Shown here: in pieces, positions 24,020-37,200 of the stretch
Layout: every line of letters starts with the position of its first letter
Position numbering within the stretch: the stretch's first letter is position 1
Origin: Stegostoma tigrinum
Lineage: Eukaryota
Reading direction: 5' to 3'
DNA length: 63,861 bases
NCBI RefSeq assembly: GCF_030684315.1
Contig: NC_081369.1
Span: 548,828-612,688, forward strand
The notes under the pieces: model-generated
Databases searched by the model: none
Told to the model about the DNA's origin: nothing
What the model saw: the letters and a program-made list of their open reading frames with translations, nothing else
Position numbers and translations under genes: made by a program

Positions 24020-24094
24020 CCTGGCCTGGCCCAACTTGCAAGTGTTCAGTGTTGCAGGGCGAGTGTGGATGACGAGGGAGCTGTCACCTCCTGG

Positions 24095-24237
24095 TTTATA
24101 TCCTGGAGAGACTGTACCGAGTCAGCAATTCAGACCCTCCCTGAAACTTTCCCCATGCCCCAGCAATGACACTGTGCCTGGAATTGTTCCTCCATGGCTG
24201 TTCTCCCTGAAATGGGAAGTTCATGTTGTTCTCTGAA
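24095..24237 (-). promoter_or_regulatory. Chemokine A proximal promoter: TATA box with kB-like and GAS-like motifs
   Basis: TATAAA (- strand) 24095-24100; GAAACTTTCCCC 24143-24154; GGGAAGTTCA 24214-24223; TTCTCTGAA 24229-24237; all retained in copy B. Confidence 0.65.
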
Positions 24238-24574
24238 TGTGATTTTTGGAGACAGGAGCATGAGCAGCTGGAACTTCTGAGGTCAGTGTTTCTCAGCAAA
24301 TTGTCATCTCGATTCCCTCAGCCTGGCCCCAACTTCCCTCTCCAGGCTAGAGAGAGGCAATGGGAGCACTCGAGCTTCCTGAGTGACCCATTGCTCACTG
24401 AGTCTGCTGTCAGAGAGGCAGCTCAGAGCAGGAAGTGAGATTAACATCAAAATATCTCACTGCAGGAGAAAAAGGTTGCGTTTCCATAGCGCCCTTCCCC
24501 AACTCAGGAACTCTCAAAATATAAAATTGTCTGTCGGGTCTTTCTCAGCCATCGTCACTGTCAATATTGTAGGA

Positions 24575-24772
24575 CAAGAGAATTTATGTGACACCAGGTT
24601 ATAGTCCAACAGGTTTATTTAAAATCACAAGCTTTTGTAGCGCTGCTCCTTTATTAAGTGAAGGAGCACCTTCAGGATTTCACCTGACAATTTTGCAGTG
24701 CAAATCAACCTGTTGGGCGATTAGCTGGTGACTTCTGACCTTATCCACCCTAGTCCAACACCGGTCCCTCCA
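24575..24772. mobile_element. Penelope (Poseidon-like) terminal-repeat insertion with perfect 13-bp TSD
   Basis: caccaggttatagtccaacagg motif; TSD CAATATTGTAGGA at 24562-24574 and 24773-24785; absent in copy B near 54477. Confidence 0.8.
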
Positions 24773-24801
24773 CAATATTGTAGGAGGGACAGCAGAAACT
24801 G

Positions 24802-25120
24802 TGGCACGGTGGCTCAGTGGGTAGCACTGTGGCCTCACAGCACCAGGGACCCAGGTTCGATTCCAGCCTCAGGTGACTGTCGGTGTGGAGTTTGCACATT
24901 ATCCCCGTGTCTGCGTGGGTTTCCTCCGGGTGCTCCGGTTTCCTCCCACAGTCCAAAGATGTGCAGGCTAGATGGGTTGGCCGTGCTAAATTGCCTGTAG
25001 TGTTCAGGGGTGTGTGGGTTATGGGGGGGTGGGTCTCAGTGGGATGCTTCAAAGGGCGGTGTGGACTTGTTGGGCTGAAGGCCCTGTTTCCACACTGTAG
25101 CAAATCTAATCTAATCTAAT
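24802..25120 (+). mobile_element. HE1-like SINE specific to copy A
   Basis: Full head and core with (aatct)n tail; absent near 54505. Confidence 0.92.
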
Positions 25121-26349
25121 CCCACAAACTACAGTGTAATAGTCACCTAACAATCAACCATTGACAGTTGCTTTTATGAGTCAAGGCATAGAGTATAAAA
25201 GCAGGCATCTAATGCTGGAGCTGTACAGGACTTTGGTTTGGCCACAGCTGGAGTACTGTGTGTAGTTCAGGTCCCTGCACACTATTGGAATTATATGATA
25301 GCACTGAAGGGGATTGCAGGTCTGGGATGCAGTGCATGAGCTAGGAAGAGAGGTTGGATTAACTCGCGTTGTTTTCTTTGCAGAAGAGAAGGCTGGGGGA
25401 GGGGGACCTGATCTCGGTGTCTCAGAGTCAGAGGGGTATGGACAGGAGGATAGAAAGCTGCTGTTTCCCTTTATTCAAGTGTCATTACAAAGGGTCATCA
25501 TTTTCAAATGAGTGGAAGGAGGTTTAGAGAGAATTGGAGGAAACATTTCTCGCCCAGAGGGCAGTGGCAGGTCATTGAGACAGGAAGCCTCACAATCTTT
25601 AAAAAGTAGTTGCTGAGCACTTATAATGTCATAGCATTCAAGGCAATGGGCTTAATGTGGGAAAGTAGGACTAATGCAGGTGGTTGTGTATTTTTGGCAG
25701 TGCAGTACTGATGGGCTGAATGGCTTCTTCTGTACTGTATGATGCTCTGAATCAGTTTTAATGATGTGCATTAAGGGATATTGCCTAGGATATCAGGGAG
25801 AGCTGTCTTTCTCTCCTTCGTCATCAACCCAAGGGCTGTTTTCCATCCAGTCGAGAGGACAGATGAGACTCGCTGGGCTATCATTTATTGTCCATCCATA
25901 ACGGCCCCTGATGAAGGTGGCAGTGAGCTGCCTTCTTGAATCTACAATGCAATTAAGGAGGGAATTCCAAGATTTTGACCCAGAAACAGTGAAGGAACAT
26001 TGATATGTTTCCAAGTCAGGATGGTGGGTGGATTGGAGGGCACCTTGCAGGTCATGGTGTTCCCATGTACCTGCTGCCCTTGTCCTTCCAGATGGAGTTG
26101 ATTGCAGTTTTGGAAGGTGCTGTCTAAGGTGCTTGGGTGAATTTGTACAGTGTATCTTGTAGGTAGCACACAATGCTGCTACTGAGCATTGGGGAGAGAA
26201 GGCGTGGATGTATATGAATGTGGTGCCTGAAATAACTCCACACAGGCCAGTACCCTGTCGACATGTCACCCTTTAATTACACATGACCCATCCTTGACTT
26301 TAGTACTGCCTCTTCAGAATCAGCTGTCAGAATCTCTGACATTTTTCTT

Positions 26350-27943
26350 TTTTGGAGGATGTGTTTGCTGCCAGAAAGCACATTAATGTGGAGAAAACTC
26401 CTGGGCCTGATCAAGTCCATCTACAGAAGTTGTGGTAGGACAGGAAAGAAATTGCAGAGGCCCTTGCAGAGACTTTTGCTTCATCCTTTGCCACTGGTGA
26501 AGTTCTGGAAGACTTGAGGGTGGCTAATATTGTTCTACTGCTCAAGAAAGGTAGCAAAGAGAAGCCCGGGAACTACAGGCCAGTGAGCCTGACATCAGTG
26601 GTAGGCAAGTTATTGGAGAGGATACTGAGGGACAGGATCGACCATCATTTGGATAGTCAAGGTCTGATTAGGGATAGTCAGCATGGAGTTGTGCACAGGA
26701 AGTCATGTTGACAAATCTTCAAAACATTTTTGAAGAGGTAACCAAGTAACCAAGAGGATGGATGGGTGTGGGACTGTGGATGTTTTCTATATGGACTTTA
26801 GTAAGGCCCTTGATAGGGTCCCACATAGAAGGCAAGTCATGAAAGTTAGGTCACATTTGATCCAGAGAAAGCTAGCTATTTGGATTCAAAATTGGCTCAA
26901 TTGGAGGAAGCTGAGGGTGATGGTTGAAGGTTGATTCTCAGAGTGGAGGCCTGTGACTAGTGGTATGCCACAGAGGTCAATGCTGGGACCTTTGTTATTT
27001 GTTATTTACATAAATGATCTGGATGTGAATGTACAAGGCATGAGTAGTAAGTTTGTGAATGATACAAAATTAGGAGGTATCATTGATGATGAAGAAGGTT
27101 ATAAATAATTACAGAGGGGATTTGTTCAGATGAGGAAGTGGGCTGAGGATTGGCAAATGCAATTCAATATAGATACGTGTGGGCTGTTGCATTTTGGAAA
27201 GTCAAACCAGTAGGACTTATACAGTAAATGGTAAGGTCCTGAGGAGTGTTATGGAACAGATCTAGCAGTTCAAGTACATTGTTCATTGAAGTAGTGTCAC
27301 AGGTGGACAGAGTGGGAAAGAAGGCATTTAGCATGCTGACTTCCATCAGTCGAGGCATTAAGTATGGGAGCAGTGATGTTATGCTATAGTTGTCATAAGG
27401 AGTTGGTGAGACTACACTTGGAGTATTGTTTTGGTCACCCTGTTATAGGAAAGACATAGTTAAATTGGAAAGTAAGCAAAGAAGATTTACAAGGATGGTG
27501 CCAGGACTAAATTATAGGGAGAAGTTGGCCAGGATAGAACGTTATTCCTTGGAACATAGGAGATTGAGGGGTAGCCTTATTGAGGTGTTTAAAATCGTGA
27601 GGGGCATAGATAGGATGAATGCATATAGCCTTTTTTCCCAGGGATTGGAAATTGAAAACTGGATGGTATAGTTTAAGGTGAGAAGGGATAGATTTAAGAA
27701 GGACCTGAGGGGTAACAGAGAGTGGTGCATATATGGAATGGGCTGCCAAGGAAAGTAGTTGAGGCCTGTTCAATAGCAACATTTAAAAAGCATTTGGATA
27801 GGTTCCTGGATGGGAAGGGTTTAGAGGGATATGGACTAAATGTGGACAATTGGAACTAACTGAACGGGCACAATAGTCAGCCTGGAGCAGTTTGACCCAA
27901 AGGGCCTGTTTCCATGATGTATTAATCTATAACTCTATGACTC
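26350..27943 (+). mobile_element. CR1 RT plus 3' end, inserted into a solo LTR in copy A only
   Basis: PGNYRPVSLTSVVGKLLE, SQHG, FWSPCYRKD; the uninterrupted LTR is at 55628-55852. Confidence 0.88.
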
Positions 27944-30900
27944 TGTCAGCCAGGGCTCAGTGATTGGACCAGATTCACAGCCCCAGTCAGGGACCTCATA
28001 TTCTATGATGTGCACCTGGCTGATATCGTTGCAATTACTACAGTGTCAAACAAACCGACTGCTTTATCCTGAATGGTGTCAAGCTTCTTGTGTGTTGATG
28101 CAGCTGCACCCATCCAGGTAAGTGGGGAATATTCCATTGTACACTGATCTGTGGCTTGTAGATGATGAACAGGCTTCTGGGAATCAGGAACAAAATTCCC
28201 TCGAAGTTGCGTTGGTTCTGTGTGCAGCCACTCGAAGACCCTGTGCACCGTGATCAGCATCGGAACACTGATCATGGCATTGAGTGTCAGTTCTGGAAGT
28301 CACCGCCACACACCGGCCTCAGGGGGCCATTTGGCTGGAAAGAAGGTAGGAGAGATAGCTATTCAGGGGGTGAGTTACTCGCTGTAGTATTCGAAGCATC
28401 TGATCTGTTCTTGTAACCATTGTATTTACATGGCAAGTTCAGTTTCTAGTCAATGATAACCGCTAGGATGTTGACAAATGATATTCAATGATGATAACAC
28501 TGTTGAATGTCAAAGGGCATTAGTTACATTGTCTCCTAACGATGATGGTCATTGCCTGGTATTTGTGTGGCATGGAAGTCACTTGCTATTTGTCAGCCCT
28601 AGCCTGGATATTATCCAGATTTTGTTGCATTTGAAAATGGACGGTATCAATATATGAGGATTCATGATGGTGCTGAACATTGTAATCATCAGCAAATATC
28701 CCCATTTCTAACCTTTTGGAGGATGGAAGGTCACTGATGAAGCAGCTGAAGATGGTTGGGCCTCACACATTAACCTGAGGAACTCCTGCAGAGATGCCCT
28801 GGAGCTGAGATGACTGACCTCCAACAACAACAACAATCCTCCTGTGTGACAGGTATGACTCTAAACAGCGGAGAGTTTGACCCTTATACCCATTGATTCC
28901 AGCAATGCTAGGGACTCCTTGATGCCATGTTCAGTCAAATGTAGCCTTGATGTCAAGGACTATGATTCACACTTCACCTGTGAAATTCAGCTCTTTTATC
29001 CATGTTTGGATGGAGATTGCAATGACGTTAGTAGCACAGTGACCTTCACAGAGCCCAAACGGTCAGAGATACAAGATATAGTTTATTCCACTGTCATAAC
29101 TACATACAGTTAATATTGTACTGATGGGAATGTACTGTCTAATAATTTGTGTGAGGAGGTTCAGATTAGCTCTGATTAACCCTCCCTTGTCCATGTCCTT
29201 AGACAACAGATTATTTTACAATCGCATGCCCCACCAGCAGTCATGTAGTGACTGAACCTGATACTATGAACTCCCCCAGCTCGACAGTGGAAAAGGCCTG
29301 AACTTATTCCATTTCAGGGGAAAATCGAACTGAGTGTTGGATGTAATTATTCCCAATGTGGGCAGGTTAGCAATCTTCATTCCAGCAGCAGATTCTTTTG
29401 TATGATAACTTTGAAAGTCAAATGTGTTATTCCTGATTCTTCATTTTGGTTTATGGTTTTCACCATGTGACTAGTACACCACACCATTCAGTGGGTGAAG
29501 GAAAGAGGACAATGGAAACTCTGATTCCAGAAATCAGGACTCAGTAATAGCCTTAATGAACAAGGGAAAGGCATTGCTGAACGGTGGTCTGTTATCCACA
29601 ATCTTAATAAAATCTAAAAGCCCAGACCCATCACTGTAACAAATGCAGTAGAAGTCTGGCCATGGCTTAATTCATGACTGAATAAAGCTCCACAAATAGA
29701 GTGAAAGAAGTAAGTAATCAAAATGTGAGAACCACAGAGATTGAGCACAATCCACTCCACTTCCCCATAGCTGGGTTCGGGGGTGGGGGGGGGGGGAGGT
29801 GGTTGGTGGTGCGGTGAGGGTACGAACTAACAAACAGAAGATATGATTGGAGACCCATTGGAATCATTGTGGTCATATATTGTTACGCCAAGAGGTGAGA
29901 TTTTCAGGAGAATTGGGAGAGTTCGCATAGAGTACACATAGTTAGTAATTCACATGAACAGCTACATCAAATTCCCCAACCAGTGTCAATAGAATTCAAC
30001 ATCTGAGAGTGACCCATTGCCCTAGACCATCAGCATTACATGCAAGTTCAGGGAGAGAGGAGAGAAACCCCCAGACAGACTCAACCAGTGAAAAGAAGAC
30101 ATTGAGGGGAGACTGTGGAAATGTGGTTATTCAATCACTTTGGGAGTTACAAATAAATCAATGATGTAACTAATAATTTAATGATGTTCTAGGCTGTGCC
30201 AATAGGGAACCAGAGAAGTGTCTGCAAGAGGGAGTGAGTGAGAAACAGCAATTTGTACAAACTTTCCTCCTGCGTGCGGTGAGAGGAAGCATCAATCCTT
30301 AACTCCATTTTACTTCTGGAGTTACTGCAAACTAGATTTACCAATTGGATTAACACTTAAGGAGACTGGGACACACCAAGCCCCAGACTGAGAGTGGGAC
30401 AGACCATGGGGGAGTCTGTTTTTCTCTAGCCACCCACATACCATGCGATGGGTGTAGGGGCAGAGATTCCATGGTTCAGAGGATGTAAGGTTGAAGAAGA
30501 GTGGGGCTTAGGGAGTTCAGGGACAACCAAAGAAGACAGTCCACTCCCTGAGAGTTTCACTTTCCAAATGTCAAATCGCAGAGGGAATAACTTTTAGGTG
30601 AGAGGGGAAAAGGCGAAGGGAGATGTGGGAGGGAGATGTTTTCCACAGAGAGTGATAGGTGCTTGGAGGTGGTGGAAGCAGATAAGATGGCAACATTTAA
30701 GCAGCATTTAGACTGACATATGACAGGCAGAAAATAGCAGTTCAGATGGGATTAGTTTAGAATAGCATCATGGTCAGCACAGGCGTAGTGGACTGAGGGG
30801 CTTGGTTCTATGTTGCACTGTTTTATATTTTATGTTCTATGTGTCCACCATATCAGTCAGTGAGGGAGACCTGGGGTCAATGAGAGGGTAATGGCTGGAA

Positions 30901-31483
30901 ATATTGAATCACAGGAGCGTGTCCTCGAGCTGAACATATCCATGGAGACAGCAGAGTGCAGGGGCAGGAGACCTGGCCTGTGATATGCCAGCCACTGACC
31001 TGAGGCCAGTTTATACAGCACACCATCTCTTTGAGAGAGCCTGGACCCACTGCTCACAGCCAGCTGCTTCAACCCCTTGAAGCCTGTTTGTGTGTTTGAG
31101 CTGTTCAGAGGCACAGAGAGTGAGAGTTCCTGTGATTTCAGAGCTAATGGAGATCCCCCTAAAATCTATATTTAATGGTTGTCTCACTCATTGAGTCACA
31201 GACACAGCCCTTTGGAGAAACAGTCCCAGAGAAATACAGCAATGAACCAGAAAGAGGAAATCTGAATCAGACTCTCAGAATCCTCAAAGTCCCTTCCCAA
31301 CAGCTCAGTCTGTGCCATTGCACCCCAGAGACTGCTGAGGTTCACAAAGGAATTCACCACCAACATCTCCAACAAGGGATAATTTAACTATCGCCTCTTG
31401 CTGTTTATCACCATCACTGAATGCCTCACATTTAGCATTCTGGGGTTAGCATGGACCAGAAATTCAATTAGACTCACAAGAGT

Positions 31484-31695
31484 AACAGACTCCCCCATGG
31501 TCTGTCCCACTCTCAGTCTGGGGCTTGGTGTGTCTCAGCCTTCTGTAGTGTTAATCCAATTGGTAAATCTCGCTTGCAGTAACTCCAGAAGTAAAATGGA
31601 GTTAAGGATTGATCCTTCCTCTCACCGCACGCAGGAGGAAAGTTTGTACAAATTGCTGTTTCTCACTCACTCCCTCTCGCAGACACTTTTCTGGT
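31484..31695 (-). repeat. Inverted local duplication of 30209-30420
   Basis: 212-bp near-identical reverse complement; absent at the copy B site near 60865. Confidence 0.9.
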
Positions 31696-32840
31696 CAGAG
31701 GCCAGGAAAACTGTCATGAGTAATTCATTGATATAAGAAGGCATAGAGCTGGATGAACACAGCAAACCAAGCAGCATCAGAGGAGCAGGAAGGTTGACGT
31801 TTTGGGCTTAGACCTTCCTTCAGTAATTCACTTCCTGACTCACCAATGCTTTTCCATTATTTACAAGGCAGAATTAGGGAATGTGATGGAATACTTGCCA
31901 CTTGCCAAAATAAGTGCAGTTTCAATAACATTCAGAATTTTGACACCATCCTGGACAGTGGTTAATTGGCACCACGCCCACAATTAGTCCCTAATCAATC
32001 TCTTTCAGTTCAGCAACAACACTGGGATCAACCCTGCAATGTGCTCAGTTTGGGTTCCGCCAGGGCGCTCAGCTCCTGACCACAGCTTTGGACAAAACAG
32101 CTGAATTCCAGAGGTAAGGTGAGTGACAGCATTTGACATCAAGGATGCATTTGGCTGAGTGTGGCATCAAGGAGCCCCTCGCAAAACTGGAATCAATGAG
32201 AATCAGGGACAAACTCTCCAGTGGTTGCACTCATACATGGCACATAGGAAAGTGTTTGTTGTTGTTGGAGGTTAGTCATATCAACTGTAGGGTATCACAG
32301 CAGTTCCTCCAGGTAGTATCTTAGGCCCAACCGCCTGAACCAATTCTTCACCTGCTTCATTAATGACCTTGCCTCCATCATAATGTCAGAAGTCAGCACG
32401 TTTGCTGATGATTACACAATGTTCAGTGTCATTCACAACTCCTTAGGTACTGAGGCTGTCCATGTTCAAATGTAGCAAGATCTGGACAATATACAAGTGG
32501 CAAGTGACATTCATGCCATGCAGTGCTCAACAATGGCCACCTTCAACAGGACAGAATCTAACCGTCGCCCTTCAGTATTCATTACCATCACTGATTGCCC
32601 CATTATCAATGATCATAAACTCAACTGAGCTCACCACAGAAATGCAGCGGCTACAACAGCAGCCCAGAGCTGGGAATACTGCGGTGAGTAACTCACCTCC
32701 TGGCTCCCCAAAGCCTGCCCATCGTTTACAAGGCACAAGTCAGGAATGTAATGGAATACTCCCCACTTACCTGGTTTGTTGCAGCTCCAACAACACACAA
32801 GAAGCTTGACACCATCCAGAACAAAGCAGTCCACTTGATG

Positions 32841-34406
32841 AACTGTACGCAATACTCCAAGTGCGGCCGCACCAGAGTTTTGTACAGATTCACCATAACC
32901 TCTTGGTTCTGAACTCGATCCCTCTATTAATAAAAGCTAAAACACCGTATGCCTTCTTAACATAAGATAATAAAATGTGAGGCTGGATGAACACAGCAGG
33001 CCAAGCAGCATCTCAGGAGAACTGAGATGCTGCTTGGCCTGCTGTGTTCATCCAGCCTCACATTTTATTATCTTGGATTCTCCAGCATCTGCAGTTCACA
33101 TTATCTCATGCCTTCTTAACAGCCCTGTCAACCTGGGTGGCAACTTTCAAGGATCTGTGTACATGGACACCGAGATCTCTCTGCTCGTCTACACTACTAA
33201 GACTCTTACCATTAGCCCTGTACTTTGCCTTCCGGTTACTCCTACCAAAGTGCATTACCTCACACTTGTCTGCATTAAAATCCATTTGCCACCTCTCAGC
33301 CCAGCTCTGCAGCTTATCTATGTCTCTCTGCAACCTACAGCATCTTTCGTCACTATCCACAACTCCACCGACCTTAGTGTCGTCTGCAAATTTACTAACC
33401 CATCCTTCTACACCCTCATCCAGGTCATTTGTAAAAATGACAAACAGCAGTGGACCCAACACCAACCCTTGCGGTACACCACTAGTATCTGGTCTACAGG
33501 ATGAACATTTCCCATCAACTACCACCCTCTGTCTTCTTTCAGCAAGCCAATTTCCGATCCAAACTGCTATATCTCCCACAATTCCATTCCTCCGCATTTT
33601 GTACAGCAAATGTGGTTCCCCTGTTCAAGAAGGGGAGTAGAGACAACCCTGGTAATTATAGACCAGTGAGCCTTACCTCAGTTGTTGGTAAGGTGTTGGA
33701 AAAGGTTATAAGGGATAGGATTTGTAATCATCTAGAAAAGAATAAATTGATTAGGGATAGTCAGCACGGTTTTGCGAAGGGAAGGTCGTGCCTCACAAAC
33801 CTTATTGAGTTCTTTGAGAAGGTGACCAAACAGGTAGATGAGAGTTAACCGGTTGATGTGGTGTATATGGATTTCAGCAAGGCGTTCGATAAGGTTCCCC
33901 ACAATAGGCTATTGTAAGCTTTGGAAAGGGTGCAGAGGAAATTTACTAGGATGTTGCCTGGTATGGAGGGAAGGTCTTACAAGGAAAGGCTGAGAGACTT
34001 GAGGCTGTTTTCATTAGAGAGAAGAAGGTTGAGAGGTGACTTAATTGAAACATATAAAATAATCAGAGGGTTAGATAGGGTGGATAGGGAGAGCCTTTTT
34101 CCAAGGATGGTGACGGCGAGCACGAGGGGGCATAGCTTTAAATTGAGGGTTGAAAGATACAGGACAGATGTCAGAGGTAGTTTCTTTACTCAGAGAGTAG
34201 TAAGGGAATGGAATGCTTTGCCTGCAACGGTAGTAGATTCGCCAACTTTGGGTACATTTAAGTCGTCATTGGATAAGCATATGGACGTACATGGAACAGT
34301 GTAGGTTAGATGGGCTTGAGATCAGTCTGCCAGGTCGGCACAACATCGAGGGCCGAAGGGCCTGTACTGCGCTGTAATGTTCTATGTTCTATGTCCTATG
34401 TTCTAT
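32841..34406. mobile_element. Young CR1 with rearranged segments and a nested Penelope hairpin (32963-33107)
   Basis: GVPQGLVLGP...FADDTK on the - strand; PGNYRPVSL and 3' tail on +; hairpin TSD ATGCCTTCTTAACA at 32949-32962 and 33108-33121. Confidence 0.92.
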
Positions 34407-35859
34407 CTAAGACTTGTTGATCTGCACAATCATGCTGACTATGATCTGCCTGTACTAACGATAAACAAAGCTTTTCACTGTACTTCAGTAAACATGACAA
34501 TAAGTTAATCAATCAATATAATAAAGGAAATAAGTAAGCAATGTCGGGTAAAGGAAGTAAAATTAGCGTAACGCAAGTAATTTAACAGAAGACTTCGACA
34601 GGCTTTTTTTTAGAAAGTCACTCTGCTGCTTAGAAGAAGTTAAGGCATCAGAGCTCACACTCGTCATATACTCCTCCTGTGCTATCTGGCAACGTGGAAG
34701 CTTCAGGTGTCCCTGGGGAACACATTTACAGGAAGTGTGTCCAGCTGCAGCTCCTGGTGAACTACATTCCAGAGCTACGCTGTGGATGAATTCACTGTGG
34801 AGCATCTGGGCACATTCAGTGAGGTGATCACTTCATAAGTGAAGACTGAACAGGCAGAAAGGGCATGGTAACCACCAGGTAGAATAAAGGAAGGCAGGTA
34901 GAGCAAGAGTCCCCTTTCCAGCAGATTGGCCATTCTTGATACTGTTGAGAAAGACGACTGTGTAGGGGGGCAGCAGTGACAGCAAACTTCAAGGCATCAT
35001 GGGTGGGTCTGCTGCAAAAGACAGAAGAAAGAAGAATGGCACGGCTATAGTGGCAGGGGCTTCATGGGTCAGGGGGAGAGATGGGTGTTTCTGTAGCTGC
35101 AGAAATGACTCAAGGATGGGATGTGGCCTCCTAGTGCCAGGGTCAGGGATGTCTCAAAGCAGATGCAGGACATCCTGAATGGAGAGAGTTAACAGCCAGG
35201 AGCCACGGTATCATGTCAGTATTAATGGCATTGGTGAACAAAAGAAAGAGGGTCTGAAAGCCACATTTTAGGACCTGGGAAGTAGATTAATGAACAGGAC
35301 CCAAAAACTAGCAATCTGTGGATTATTTCTAGAGCTACTTGTGCCTAAGTATGGGAATAGAAAGTTTGTCCAGGTGAATGTGTTGCTAGAGAGATGGTGC
35401 AGGCGAGCTTGAGGTTTCTGGAAGATTGGGACCATATTTGGGAGTGGAGGGGACCTGTACAAGGTGGACAGTTTGCACCTGATCCGAATGGGACTAGCGT
35501 CTTTGCTGGGAGGTGTACTGGTGACATTGCGGAAGGCTTAAACTAACTTCACTGGGCTGTGGGATCCAGAGGGATTGTTCAGCAAGTTGGGGTTTGGGGG
35601 GAGGTGAATGGCCAAAATGAGAAGTGACAGCAAAAAGAGTCAGGAAAGCACAGAAAGATAGGCCAGTTGACACGCATGGGGTTTCAGCACAACCCAATGG
35701 TATTTATTTTAATGTTAGGAAAATGACAAACAATGCCGATGAGTTGCAAGCACAAACCTGGAGATGTGACATCATTGCTACCACTGAGGCATGGCTGACA
35801 GAGGTTAAGGACTGGGCATCCGCATTTTGGAAAGTCGAATCATAACACTGTGCTCCTTC

Positions 35860-37200
35860 TCCAAGCTTACAAGCAAGAATTGAAGTGTGAGAACCCGGTA
35901 CAGAAAGTAGAGCAGTGTTGAACTGAGGCAATGAAAGGGCACCTACGGGACTGTTCAGAGTCAGTGGTCTGGGCCATATTCAAGACCTCAGTGACCAACT
36001 TAAACAAGTACAACACTGTTGTCACAGACTTCATTAGTAAGTGTGTGCAAGACTGTGTGCTGAAGAGGTTAATCCAAATGTTCCCAAACAGAAACCATGG
36101 ATAAACTGGGAGATCCACTCCCTACTGAAGTCCAGGTCTGAGGCATACCAGTTGGTAACACTGATCTATGCAGGGAATCCAGGTACAACCTGCATGAGGC
36201 CATCGGAGATACCAAGAGGTAATACCAGACTAAGCTTGAGTTTCAGACCAAGCACACAGATCCCTGTCATTTGTGGCAAGACTTAAACAACATAATGGGC
36301 TAGTAAGCCAAGTCGAACAGAATCCCCAGCACTGTACATCCCCACCTTGGGAGCCGAAGACATTCTGTAGTTGCTTTGAACTGAAGGTCAGTGAAATGAT
36401 ATCACCTAACCCAACAACCTGCACCTGTACCTACGGTCATCGCCACTGACGTCAGATCGGCCTTCTTGAGAGTGAACCCATGGTAAGTGACCTGCAAGGA
36501 TGGACACCCCAGCTCTGCACTCAGTTCCTGTGTGGACCAGATGGCAGAAGTATTTGCAGATATCTTTACCCTCTCCTTCCGATGAACTGAAGTCCCAATC
36601 TACTTCAAGAAGCCCACCATCATCCCAGTGCCAAAGAGAAACCATGCAGCATGCATCAATGCCTAATGCCCATTCGCTCTGACCTCCAAAATCATAAAGT
36701 GCTTCAAGAGGTTAGCCATGGTTCACATCAACTCCAGCCTCCCAAATTGCCTTGATCCTTTGTAATTCACCTACCATGCAACCAGACAATAGCAGATACC
36801 ACCTCTCTGGTTCTACACTCATCCCTGGAACACCGAGATTGCAAGGATATCTATGGCATTCTCCTACTTATTGCCTACAGCTCTATCTTCAACACCATGT
36901 TTCTCAACAAACTCATCTCCAAACTCCCAAACACAGGTCTCAGCTCTGTGGATGTAACACTGTGTTCTGCACTCTGTTCCACTATCCTGATGCACTTTGT
37001 GTGGCACAATCTGACCTTGGAGAACACAAAACAACACTTTTCACTGTTCAAAAACAGAAGTTGCTGGAAAAGCTCAGCAGATCTTGCAGCATCGGCGAAT
37101 AAAATCAGAGTTAACATTTCAGGTCCAGTGACCCTTCCTCAGAACTTTTCACTGTATCTCAGTACATGTGACAATGACAAATCAATTAACCATTCAATAT
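35860..37200 (+). mobile_element. Rex1/Babar-type non-LTR retrotransposon, decayed
   Basis: PKQKPWINWEIHSLLK; RT start similar to 61690; ttttcactgta...gtgacaa tail. Confidence 0.7.
37113..37142 (-). ncRNA. Hammerhead-like core in a short Penelope insertion (37048-37143)
   Basis: CUGAGGA-A-GGGUC-ACUG-GACCU-GAAAU-GUU; TSD ACTTTTCACTGT at 37036-37047 and 37144-37155. Confidence 0.55.

Larger units (their letters stand above)
20563..31995. repeat. Segmental duplication copy A (chemokine plus ~8 kb upstream)
   Basis: Colinear similarity with 50813-61085 in unique and repeat DNA, e.g. 20570 vs 50820, 21215 vs 51559, 29500 vs 58400, 31970 vs 61060. Confidence 0.93.

Noticed and set aside
30857-31114. 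TATAAA plus downstream ATG on the - strand as a fourth gene
   Set aside because: No signal peptide; in copy B the TATA is mutated and the frame has stops.
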